Part shown: piece by piece, positions 18,380 to 27,234 of the stretch
Position numbering within the stretch: position 1 is the stretch's first letter
Layout: every line of letters begins with the position of its first letter
Assembly: GCF_021246445.1 (NCBI RefSeq)
Contig: NZ_JAJQXW010000002.1
Location: 496,001 to 560,000 of the forward strand
From: Rhabdothermincola salaria
GTDB lineage: Bacteria; Actinomycetota; Acidimicrobiia; Acidimicrobiales; Acidimicrobilacustridaceae
Length of the DNA stretch: 64,000 bases
Direction of reading: 5' to 3'
Position numbers and translations under genes: made by a program
Notes under the pieces: generated by a model
Told to the model about the DNA's origin: nothing
The model's input: only the letters and a program-made list of their open reading frames with translations
Databases searched by the model: none

Positions 18380-20794
18380 GTGGGCGACACCACCAAGGGC
18401 ACGACCTGGCCATCGGGAGCGGCGGCGCCGCTCGGGCATCTGCGGGTCGTCGAGGGGGCGCTCGGCATCGCCGGCGGCTACGCCGGGAAGCTGTTCGCCG
18501 ATGCCGGGGCCGAGGTGATCAAGGTGGAGCCCGAGGGCGGCGACCCGCTGCGGCGGTGGTCGGCCACGGGCGCCGAGCTGGGGAGCGCCGACGGCGCCCT
18601 GTTCCAGCACCTGGCGGCCGGCAAGCGGTCGGTCGTGGGCGCTGTCGGCGACCCCGGGGTGGAGGACCTGTTGGCCTCGGCCGACCTCTTCATCGATGGT
18701 GGCGAGGTCGACGTCGAGGCCGTGCGGTCCCGCCACCCGCACCTCGTCGTGCTCACCGTGACGCCCTACGGCCGCACCGGCCCCTATGCATCGCGCCCGG
18801 CCACCGAGTTCACGGTGCAGGCCGAGTGCGGGTCGCTGGCGGCGCGGGGCGCCCCCGAGCGACCCCCCGTCCAGGCCGGGGGCCGCATCGCCGAGTGGGC
18901 GGGCGGGCTCTACGGCGCGCCGGCCGCCCTCGCCGCGATCGGGGAGGCCCGCCGCACCGGGGAGGGCGCGGTGATCGACGCCTCCTGGGTGGAGGCCATG
19001 ACCCTTTCCACCAACCTGTTCGCCGATCCCATGTTCTCGATCATGGGCATGGTCCCGCCCATGGTCCCCCGCAACGTGGAGACGCCGTCCATCCACCCCA
19101 CGGCCGACGGGTGGGTGGGGTTCAACACCAACGGACCCAACCACGCCGAGGCCTTCCTCCGCCTCATCGAGCGCCCCGAGCTCATCGACGACGGTTTCGT
19201 GAACGCCGCCCAGCGCATGGCCGACCGGGCGACCTTCGAGAGCTGGGTCAACGAGTGGACCTCGGTGCGCACCACGGCCGAGGTGCTCGATGCCGCCGCC
19301 GCCCTCCGGGTGCCTGCGGCGCGGGTGAACGACGCCCGCACGATCCTCGACGAGGAGCAGCTCGTCGCTCGTGACTTCTTCCGCCCCTCGGCGAACGGCG
19401 ACTTCCGGGCGCCGAGCCCCCACTACCTGTTCGACGGCGAACGACCGCCCACCGGTCGACCGGTTCCGGGCGTGGGAGCCGACGACGGAGCCGTGGCCGA
19501 CCGGGACCGACCGGAGCCGACCGAGCCCGACGGCCCGGCGCGGCTCCCCCTCGAGGGCCTCAAGGTCCTCGACGTCACCTTCTGGTGGGCCGGTCCCTCG
19601 AACACCCAGCTGCTCGGCGCCCTCGGGGCCGACGTCGTGCACGTCGAGTCGATCGCCCACCCCGATCCGATGCGCTACGCCGCCGCGGTGATGTTCCTCG
19701 ACCGCGAGCGGTGGTGGGAGCTCAGCTCGTTCTACCTCACCATCAACACCGACAAGCGGGGCATCACCCTCGATCTCGGCGACCCGGAGGGCGTGGCCCT
19801 GGCCGAGCGCCTCATCGAGTGGGCCGATGTGGTGGTCGAGAACTACACGCCGCGCGTCATGCCCAAGTTCGGCCTCGGGTGGGACGTGGTCCACGCGCTG
19901 AACCCCCGGGCGATCATGGTGCGGATGCCGGCCTTCGGTCTCGACGGCCCCTGGGCCGAACGTCTGGGCTTCGCCCAGAACATGGAGCAGATGTCGGGCA
20001 TGGCCACTGTCACCGGTCATCCCGACGCCGAGCCTCTCGTCCCGCGCGGGCCGTGCGATCCGCTCGGTGGGGCCCATGCCGCCTTCGCCACCCTGGCTGC
20101 GCTCGCTCGCCGGGAGCAGACCGGGGAGGGCCTGCTGGTCGAGGTGCCGCTGATCGAAGGGGCGCTCAACCTCACCGCCGAACAGGTCGTCGAGTACACC
20201 AGCAACGGAGGTCTGCTCGGTCGGGAGGGCAACCGGTCGCCGCACTGCGCCCCACAGGGCATCTACCCCGGTGCCGACCACGGCCGGTCCGACACTCCCG
20301 GCGGCGAGGACTGGGTGGCGGTGTCCGTCGCCACCGACGAGCAGTGGTCGACCCTGTGCCGTCTGATCGGTCGCGACGACTGGGCGACCGACGCAGCGTT
20401 GGCCACGCTCGCCGGCCGGCGGGCCCGCCACGACGAGCTCGACGAAGGCCTCCGGGCGTGGATCGAGACCCGCCCCTCGGCGGTGGCGGTCGACGAGTTG
20501 GTGGCGGCGGGCGTGCCCGCGGCCACCCTGGCCGACCCGCGATCGGTGCACACCCACCCCCACCTGGTCGACCGGGGCTTCATCGAGACCGTCCCCCACG
20601 TCACCCAGGGCAGCCTCGAGCTCTTCTCCATGCCGTTTCGCATGTCCGGGGTCGGCCACTGGATCACCCGGCCGGCACCGACCATGGGGGAGCACAACTC
20701 CGAGATCCTCGGCGGCCTCCTGGGCCTCGACGACGCCGAGCTGGGCCGTCTCACCGAGGCCGGGGTCATCGGCGACCGGCCGGCGGGCACCTGA
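18380..20794 (+). CDS. Tandem two-domain family III (CaiB/BaiF) CoA-transferase
   Basis: Two CaiB N-termini: PLGHLRVVE...GAEVIKVEPEGGDPLR and PLEGLKVLD...WAGP...LGADVVHVES; ADVVVENYTP; C-terminal APTMGEHN; RBS AAGGGGGA before GTG 18380. Confidence 0.92.
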   Translation: MGDTTKGTTWPSGAAAPLGHLRVVEGALGIAGGYAGKLFADAGAEVIKVEPEGGDPLRRWSATGAELGSADGALFQHLAAGKRSVVGAVGDPGVEDLLASADLFIDGGEVDVEAVRSRHPHLVVLTVTPYGRTGPYASRPATEFTVQAECGSLAARGAPERPPVQAGGRIAEWAGGLYGAPAALAAIGEARRTGEGAVIDASWVEAMTLSTNLFADPMFSIMGMVPPMVPRNVETPSIHPTADGWVGFNTNGPNHAEAFLRLIERPELIDDGFVNAAQRMADRATFESWVNEWTSVRTTAEVLDAAAALRVPAARVNDARTILDEEQLVARDFFRPSANGDFRAPSPHYLFDGERPPTGRPVPGVGADDGAVADRDRPEPTEPDGPARLPLEGLKVLDVTFWWAGPSNTQLLGALGADVVHVESIAHPDPMRYAAAVMFLDRERWWELSSFYLTINTDKRGITLDLGDPEGVALAERLIEWADVVVENYTPRVMPKFGLGWDVVHALNPRAIMVRMPAFGLDGPWAERLGFAQNMEQMSGMATVTGHPDAEPLVPRGPCDPLGGAHAAFATLAALARREQTGEGLLVEVPLIEGALNLTAEQVVEYTSNGGLLGREGNRSPHCAPQGIYPGADHGRSDTPGGEDWVAVSVATDEQWSTLCRLIGRDDWATDAALATLAGRRARHDELDEGLRAWIETRPSAVAVDELVAAGVPAATLADPRSVHTHPHLVDRGFIETVPHVTQGSLELFSMPFRMSGVGHWITRPAPTMGEHNSEILGGLLGLDDAELGRLTEAGVIGDRPAGT

Positions 20795-20882
20795 GCCGGC
20801 CCGGCCGTCGGTGTGCCCGACGTCATGGGGTTAGGTCCCGGCCTCCGGGAAGGGTCGGCGGGACCGTGGGGTTGCAGGACCC

Positions 20883-21161
20883 ATGAGCGAGACCAACCCT
20901 GCCGCGCCCGAGTTCACCGTCTACTGGCGCCCCGGCTGCGGGTTCTGCTCCCGGCTCTTCCGCCAGCTCCAGACGCGCGACCTCGACCCGGTGGTGCGCA
21001 ACATCTGGGACGACGACGAGGCCCGTCGCTTCCTGAACGACCGCATCGGTTCCGAGACCGTGCCCACCGTGGTGGTGGGTGGCTCGGTGCTGGTCAACCC
21101 CGACATCGGCGAGGTGCTCGACGCCCTCGCCGGGGTGAACCCCACCGCGGCCGGTCGGTGA
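20883..21161 (+). CDS. Glutaredoxin / mycoredoxin-like small redox protein
   Basis: VYWRPGCGFC CxxC motif and ETVPTVVVG cis-Pro motif. Confidence 0.88.
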   Translation: MSETNPAAPEFTVYWRPGCGFCSRLFRQLQTRDLDPVVRNIWDDDEARRFLNDRIGSETVPTVVVGGSVLVNPDIGEVLDALAGVNPTAAGR

Positions 21162-21165
21162 CGGA

Positions 21166-22551
21166 TCAGCCCGTCGAGTCGAGCAGGGCCGCGAAAGCCG
21201 CCTCGATCCCGTCGACGAGCACGGCGGCGTCCGGGCAGGCGTCGGGGTCGACGGTGACGCCGACGTCGAGCTGGCCGTCGTAGGACAAGATGGCCACGCC
21301 CACGGTGGTGTTGGCCCCGAGCGGCACGTAGGGCTGGAACTCGAGCATCCGGGCGCCACGCAGGTAGAGCGGCGTGGGCGAGCCGCGCACGTTGGTGACG
21401 ACGAGGTTGACGACGGGCTGGCGGTTCACGGTCAGCTCGCTCAGCACGGTGACCAACGGCAGCGGGAGCCAATCAGCGGTGCCGAGCAGCGCCGCGAACA
21501 GCTCGACCTCATGGCCCTCCTTGTGGGCGTCCATGTCCGCCCGGACCTGGCGCAGGCACTCGAGGGGGTCGACGTGGGTGAGCGGGAGGGTGGCCAGCAC
21601 GCCGCTCACGCGGTTGCCCAGTCCGAGCATCTCGTCGGCGCCCCGGGTGGACACCGGGACCAGGGCCGTGAGGTGGTCGAGGCCGGCCAGCTCGCCCCGG
21701 CCGGCCAGCAGGGCTCGCAGGCCGCCGGTCACCGCGGTGAGGGCCACGTCGTTCACCGTCGTGCCCGTGGCGTGGGCGATGTGCTTGGCATCGGCCAGCG
21801 ACCAGCGCACCACCCGGTGGTCCCGCCGGGCACCGACTGCCGCGTTGAGCGAGCACCGGGGCGCAGGACGCCGGGTGCGCAACGTCTCGGCCGCAGTGCC
21901 CAGGAGAGCGGCGAGGGCGGCCGGGTCGCGCACCAGGTCGACGGTGCCCCGGGCGGCGTCGACCGGCAGGCGGGCGGCTCGGCGGAGCTCGTCGAGCAGC
22001 CGGTGGGCGGTGGCCGGGGCCGGGCTGGGTGCCCACGGGGCCGGCACGGCTGGGGGTGCTGCCGGGTCGCGGTCGAGCATGGTGATGAACGACTCCGAGC
22101 CGGAGACGCCGTCGACCAGCGCGTGGTGGGCCTTGTCGACGAGCGCCACCGAGCCGTCGGCCAGCCCGTCGACGAAGGTCAGCTCCCAGAGGGGACGATC
22201 GCGTGGCAACGGCTGGGCCTGCAGCGCCATGGCCAGGCGGTGGAGGTCGTCCTCGAGGCCGGGTGCCGGCACCCGGCGGGTGCGGACGTGTTCGGTGATG
22301 TCGAAGCCGTCGTCGTCGCACCAGCGGGGCAGTCCGAGCCCGCCGGCGGCAGGGCGGAGGCGTTGCCGGAAGCGGGGGATGGCCGCCAGGTGGGCCTCGA
22401 CCACCGCCCGGATGTCGTCGAGGCGCAACCGGCCGTCGTCGTCGAGGAGGGGGCCGCCCTCGAAGCGGGCCACGCCGCCGATGTGCAACGGCACCTCCGG
22501 CCGTTCGGCGGCGAGGAAGCTGGCGTCGAGGGCGCTGAGGTTGTCGGCCAC
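21166..22551 (-). CDS. Wax ester synthase / diacylglycerol acyltransferase (WS/DGAT)
   Basis: LSALDASFL at N-terminus (so start ~22551), LPRDRPLWEL, catalytic HHALVDG, TVNDV, LGNRVS, VTNVRG, ILSYDGQL. Confidence 0.92.
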   Translation of the reverse strand: MADNLSALDASFLAAERPEVPLHIGGVARFEGGPLLDDDGRLRLDDIRAVVEAHLAAIPRFRQRLRPAAGGLGLPRWCDDDGFDITEHVRTRRVPAPGLEDDLHRLAMALQAQPLPRDRPLWELTFVDGLADGSVALVDKAHHALVDGVSGSESFITMLDRDPAAPPAVPAPWAPSPAPATAHRLLDELRRAARLPVDAARGTVDLVRDPAALAALLGTAAETLRTRRPAPRCSLNAAVGARRDHRVVRWSLADAKHIAHATGTTVNDVALTAVTGGLRALLAGRGELAGLDHLTALVPVSTRGADEMLGLGNRVSGVLATLPLTHVDPLECLRQVRADMDAHKEGHEVELFAALLGTADWLPLPLVTVLSELTVNRQPVVNLVVTNVRGSPTPLYLRGARMLEFQPYVPLGANTTVGVAILSYDGQLDVGVTVDPDACPDAAVLVDGIEAAFAALLDSTG

Positions 22552-22675
22552 CCCTCGATGCTGCGGCCATGTCACCGATGTCACAAGGGCCGAGGGTCCC
22601 GTTCTCACCCAGTGGGGCCCCGTCCGCCGCGATGTCAGGGGGAGCAAGGCCACCGTCGTCGCCACACTTGGCGAA

Positions 22676-22694
22676 ATTGGATAGGTCTACCTAA
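22676..22694. promoter_or_regulatory. Putative IdeR/DtxR iron box
   Basis: ATTGGATAGGTCTACCTAA matches 14/19 positions of consensus TWAGGTWAGSCTWACCTWA; AT-rich island 54 nt upstream of the start at 22748. Confidence 0.6.
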
Positions 22695-22747
22695 CATCTT
22701 TCCGTAGGCGCCCATGGGTCGGTGGTGCCAGGGAGACGACGGTTGCG

Positions 22748-25396
22748 GTGACACCCCCAGTGGCGACAGACGTGCGGACCCGGCGGCCGGTGCGTTTCGC
22801 CGCGTCCCTGGCCGATCACGGGAACCGCCCGGCCCTGTTCACCGCGGACGGGCCGGTTCGCTACGTGGAGCTCGCCGAGCGGGTGGCCGCGGTCGCGGAC
22901 GAGCTGGGAGCAGCGCGTCGCGTCGTCCTGGTGGAGGGCGGCAACCACCTCGGTGCCGTGGTCACCTACCTGGCCGCCCTGGCCGGTGGTCACCCGGTGC
23001 TGCTGGCGCCGCCGGACCGGGTCGAGCCGCTCGCGGCGGTGTGGGAGCCGGACGTGGGGGCCGTCGCCGCCGCGCAGTGGGCGCCGACCGAGCGTGCGGG
23101 CGTCGAGCACCAGCTGCACCCGGACCTGGCGCTGCTGCTCACCACCTCCGGGTCCACCGGCTCCCCGAAGCTGGTCCGCCTCAGCCACACCAACCTCGAG
23201 GCCAACGCCGCGTCGATCGCCCGGTACCTGCGCCTCGGGCCGGACGACCGGTCGATCACCTCGCTGCCGCTGCACTACTGCTACGGGCTCTCGGTCCTGC
23301 ACAGCCACCTCCTGGTCGGGGGCGCGGTGGCCCTCACCGACCTCTCCGTCACCGATCCGTGCTTCTGGGCCCAGGCCCGCGAGGCACGCGTGACCGGCCT
23401 GGCGGGGGTGCCCTACACGTTCGACATGCTCGACCGGGTGGGCTTCGCCGACATGGACCTCGGCCACCTGCGGTACCTCACCCAGGCGGGGGGCCGCATG
23501 AGCCCCGAGAAGGTGCGGGCCTACGCCGAGCTGGGCCGGCGCCGGGGGTTCGAGCTCTTCGTCATGTACGGCCAGACCGAGGCCACGGCCCGCATGGCCT
23601 ACCTGCCGCCCGAGCTGGCCACCACCGCACCCGACGCCATCGGTATCGCCGTCCCCGGCGGCTCGTTCCACCTCGAGCCCGGCGCCGAGGACCCAGCTGG
23701 GCCCAACGAGACGTCGGGGCCGGACGAGGCGTCGCCCAGCGGTGAGCTCGTCTACCGAGGCCCCAACGTCATGATGGGCTACGCCGAGACCCCGGCCGAC
23801 CTGGCCCGAGGCCCCGAGCTCGACGAGCTGCGCACCGGCGACCTGGCCCGGCTCGGCGACGACGGCCTCTATCGCATCACCGGGCGGGCCAGCCGCTTCC
23901 TGAAGCTCTTCGGGCTGCGCGTGGACCTCGATCGCGTCGAGCGGCTCCTGGCCGACGCCGGTCTGTCGGCGGTCTGCACCGGCGACGACGACGGGCTGGT
24001 GATCGCCCTCGAAGGTGGTTGCGAGGCCCAGGCCCGAGCAGCGGTCGCCACGGTCGTCACCGAGGTCGGCCTGCCCCGCTCGGCGGTCACGGCCTGGGTC
24101 GTCGACGAGCTCCCCCGCCTGGCGAACGGCAAGCCCGATCACGTCGGCATCCGGGCCCGGGCCGCCGCCCGACCGGCGGTCGAGCCCGAGCAATCGGCGG
24201 CCGGAACCGGTGCGACCTCGCCGTCGGCGGCCACCGCGGTGCGCGCCGTCCTCGCCGAGGCCCTCGACCTGCGCCCCGACGACATCGGCCCCGACGACAC
24301 GTTCGTCGCCCTCGGCGGCGACTCCCTCAGCTACGTGGAGGTGTCGGTCGCCCTCGAGGGCGCCCTCGGCCGTCTCCCCGAGGCGTGGCACCTCCTGCCG
24401 GTGGCCGAGCTCGAGGCCATCGGCGCGGGGGCCGAGCCGGCCACGGGGCCGCGCTGGTTCCACGCCATGGAGACCAACGTGGTGCTCCGGGCCCTGTCCA
24501 TCGCACTGGTCGTGGGCTCGCACGCCGGCAGCTACCTCGTGCTCGGCGGAGCCCACGTGCTGTTGGTGATCGCCGGGTTCAACTTCGCCCGCTTCCGCCT
24601 CCCGGCCGTCGAGGTGACCCATCCCACCCGCAAGGCCCTGGCCAGCATCGCCCGCATCGCGGTGCCCGTCGGGCTCTGGGCCGCGTTCCAGGTCACCTAT
24701 GCGGAGGCCTTCCGGCCGTCGAGGCTGTTCTTCGCCAACAACTACCTGGGCAGCGGGTTCTGGGTCTACTGGTACGTCGAGGTGCTCCTGCAGCTGCTCG
24801 TGGTGCTCACCTTGGTCTTCGCCTTCGCTCGGGTGCGGGCGCTCGAACGGCGTCACCCCGAGGCCTTCGCCTTCGGGGTGCTGGCGGCCGGCCTGGCGTT
24901 GCGGTTCGCCGTCGAGGCCACCTTCGACCGTCACGTCGAGGCGATGCACATGACCGACACCCTGGTGTGGTGCTTCGCGCTCGGATGGGCCGCCCAGCGG
25001 ACGTCCCGCCTGTGGTCTCGACTGGCCCTCAGCGCCATCGCCTGGTGGTCGATCAGCGGGTTCTTCTACGGCGTGGAGCACGACGCCGTGGTGCTGGTCG
25101 GGGTGCTCGCCCTCATCTGGGTGCCCCACCTGCCGGTCCTGCGGGGCCTCGACCGCCTCGTGGCTGCCGTGGCGGCTGCGTCGCTCTACATCTACCTGGT
25201 GCACTTCGCCGTGCTGCGCGAGCTGCGCGGCGACGTCGGGCCATGGGTGCTGACCGGGCTCGGCCTCGCCGCCGGCTGGGCGGCGTTCGTCGGTGCCGGA
25301 CGGGTCGAGGGCGCGCTCGTGGCGGCGTGGCGACGCCGGCCCCGGCGCCGCGACGGTCAGTCGGCGTCGACGTCGGTGACGGCCGCCGCGAACTGA
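22748..25396 (+). CDS. Fusion of AMP-binding (adenylation) domain, phosphopantetheine carrier domain and acyltransferase-3-like membrane domain
   Basis: TTSGSTGSPK, YGQTEAT, RTGDLA, PRLANGKPD; carrier FVALGGDSL; multi-TM tail with LRALSIALVVGSH, YWYVEV, SLYIYLVHF. Confidence 0.88.
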   Translation: MTPPVATDVRTRRPVRFAASLADHGNRPALFTADGPVRYVELAERVAAVADELGAARRVVLVEGGNHLGAVVTYLAALAGGHPVLLAPPDRVEPLAAVWEPDVGAVAAAQWAPTERAGVEHQLHPDLALLLTTSGSTGSPKLVRLSHTNLEANAASIARYLRLGPDDRSITSLPLHYCYGLSVLHSHLLVGGAVALTDLSVTDPCFWAQAREARVTGLAGVPYTFDMLDRVGFADMDLGHLRYLTQAGGRMSPEKVRAYAELGRRRGFELFVMYGQTEATARMAYLPPELATTAPDAIGIAVPGGSFHLEPGAEDPAGPNETSGPDEASPSGELVYRGPNVMMGYAETPADLARGPELDELRTGDLARLGDDGLYRITGRASRFLKLFGLRVDLDRVERLLADAGLSAVCTGDDDGLVIALEGGCEAQARAAVATVVTEVGLPRSAVTAWVVDELPRLANGKPDHVGIRARAAARPAVEPEQSAAGTGATSPSAATAVRAVLAEALDLRPDDIGPDDTFVALGGDSLSYVEVSVALEGALGRLPEAWHLLPVAELEAIGAGAEPATGPRWFHAMETNVVLRALSIALVVGSHAGSYLVLGGAHVLLVIAGFNFARFRLPAVEVTHPTRKALASIARIAVPVGLWAAFQVTYAEAFRPSRLFFANNYLGSGFWVYWYVEVLLQLLVVLTLVFAFARVRALERRHPEAFAFGVLAAGLALRFAVEATFDRHVEAMHMTDTLVWCFALGWAAQRTSRLWSRLALSAIAWWSISGFFYGVEHDAVVLVGVLALIWVPHLPVLRGLDRLVAAVAAASLYIYLVHFAVLRELRGDVGPWVLTGLGLAAGWAAFVGAGRVEGALVAAWRRRPRRRDGQSASTSVTAAAN

Positions 25397-27234
25397 GCCA
25401 TGAACAACGTGGCGTAGGCCCCCTCGCGGGCCAGCAGCTCGTCGTGGTCGCCCTGTTCGACGATGCGGCCGTCCTCCATGACCAAGATGGCATCGGCGTC
25501 GCGGATGGTGGACAGGCGATGGGCGATCACGAAGCTGGTGCGATCCGAGCGCAGGGCGGCCATGGCGTGCTGGATGAGGACCTCGGTGCGGGTGTCGACC
25601 GAGGAGGTGGCCTCGTCGAGGATGAGGATGGCGGGATCGGCCAGGAACGCCCGAGCGATGGTGATGAGCTGCTTCTCTCCCGCGCTCACGCTGCCGTGCT
25701 GGTCGTCGAGGATGGTGTCGTAGCCGTCGGGGAGCGAGCCGACGAAGCGATCGACGTAGGTGGCGCGGGCGGCTTCGAGCACCTGGTCGTCGGTGGCCGC
25801 CGGGTTGCCGTAGCGGATGTTCTCGCGGATGGTGCCGCCGAAGAGCCAGGTGTCCTGCAGGACCATCCCGAACTGCGAGCGCAGGTCGTGGCGGCGCATG
25901 CCGGCGATGTCGCGCCCGTCGACGGTGATGTGGCCCCCGTCGAGCTCGTAGAAGCGCATGAGCAGGTTGACCAAGGTGGTCTTGCCGGCGCCGGTGGGGC
26001 CGACGATGGCGATCGTCTGACCCGGCTCGGCCACCAGCGAGAGCTCGGTGATGAGGGGTGTGTCGGGCAGGTAGGAGAAGGACACGTCGTCGAACACCAC
26101 CCGGCCCCGCACCGGCCCGGCGAGCGGCTCAGCGGTGGCGTCGGAGCTCTGCTCCTCGGCGTCGAGCAGGTCGAAGACGCGCTCGGCCGACGCGATGCCC
26201 GACTGGAAGACGTTGAACATCGAGGCCACCTGGGTGAGCGGCATCGAGAACTGGCGGGAGTACTGGATGAAGGCCTGGATGCCGCCCAGGCTGAGCTGGC
26301 CCGACGCCACCTGCAGCCCGCCGAGGACGGCGACGATCACGAAGTTGAGGTTGCCGATCATGAACATGATCGGCTGGATGATCCCGGCCATGAACTGGGC
26401 GCTCCAGCTGGCCTGGTAGAGCTCGTCGTTGGTCTGGCGGAAGCGCTCCTCGACCTCCGGGGCCCGGCCGAAGGCCTTCACCACGGCGTGGCCGGTGATC
26501 GACTCCTCGACCTGGGCGTTGAGCGAGCCGGTGTGGCCCCACTGGCGCACGAAGCGCTTCTTCGAACGGGCGGCGATGAACTTCACGACGCCGATCGACA
26601 CCGGGATGGTGATGATGGCGACCAGCGACAGCAGTGGCGAGATGAGGACCATCATCGAGATCACGCCGACGAGCGTGAGGACGGCCACGACCATCTGGCT
26701 CAGCGTCTGCTGGAGGCTCTGGGCGATGTTGTCGATGTCGTTGGTGACGCGGCTCAAGAGATCGCCGCGCGGCGTGCGGTCGACGTAGGAGAGGGGGAGC
26801 CGGTCGAGCTTGTGCTCGACGTCGGTGCGCAGGTCGCGCATCGCACCCTGCACGACCCCGGCCAACAACCACGCCTGCAGGTAGTTCAGGCCCGATGCGC
26901 CGATGTAGAGACCCAGCGCCAGGCCCAGCCAGGCGTGCAACGCTCCCCAGTCGATGCCGCCATCGGGGTCGGTGACGCCGTCGACCAGCACGTTGGTGGC
27001 GGCGCCGAGGATGCGGGGCCCCACGACCTGCATGCCCACGGCCAGCACCGTGAGGGTGAAGATCACCATGAGAGGGGTGCGCTGGCGTCGGAGGCGGCCG
27101 AAGAGGCGTCGGGTGGCCGAGCCGAAGTCGCGGATCTCCTCCACGGGGACCCCCGCGCCCCGAGGGCGCGACAGCGGGGAGTTGTCGCCTGCGGTGGGCG
27201 GTGGGGCCTTCACGCCGGGCTCGTCGCCGCTCAT
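25357..27234 (-). CDS. Heterodimeric ABC exporter, TMD+NBD subunit 2
   Basis: GPTGAGKTT, VSAGEKQ, ILILDEATS, IAHRLST; ATG 27234 overlaps the upstream stop (ATGA). The tracked upstream extension to 29580 is spurious. Confidence 0.93.
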   Translation of the reverse strand: MSGDEPGVKAPPPTAGDNSPLSRPRGAGVPVEEIRDFGSATRRLFGRLRRQRTPLMVIFTLTVLAVGMQVVGPRILGAATNVLVDGVTDPDGGIDWGALHAWLGLALGLYIGASGLNYLQAWLLAGVVQGAMRDLRTDVEHKLDRLPLSYVDRTPRGDLLSRVTNDIDNIAQSLQQTLSQMVVAVLTLVGVISMMVLISPLLSLVAIITIPVSIGVVKFIAARSKKRFVRQWGHTGSLNAQVEESITGHAVVKAFGRAPEVEERFRQTNDELYQASWSAQFMAGIIQPIMFMIGNLNFVIVAVLGGLQVASGQLSLGGIQAFIQYSRQFSMPLTQVASMFNVFQSGIASAERVFDLLDAEEQSSDATAEPLAGPVRGRVVFDDVSFSYLPDTPLITELSLVAEPGQTIAIVGPTGAGKTTLVNLLMRFYELDGGHITVDGRDIAGMRRHDLRSQFGMVLQDTWLFGGTIRENIRYGNPAATDDQVLEAARATYVDRFVGSLPDGYDTILDDQHGSVSAGEKQLITIARAFLADPAILILDEATSSVDTRTEVLIQHAMAALRSDRTSFVIAHRLSTIRDADAILVMEDGRIVEQGDHDELLAREGAYATLFMAQFAAAVTDVDAD

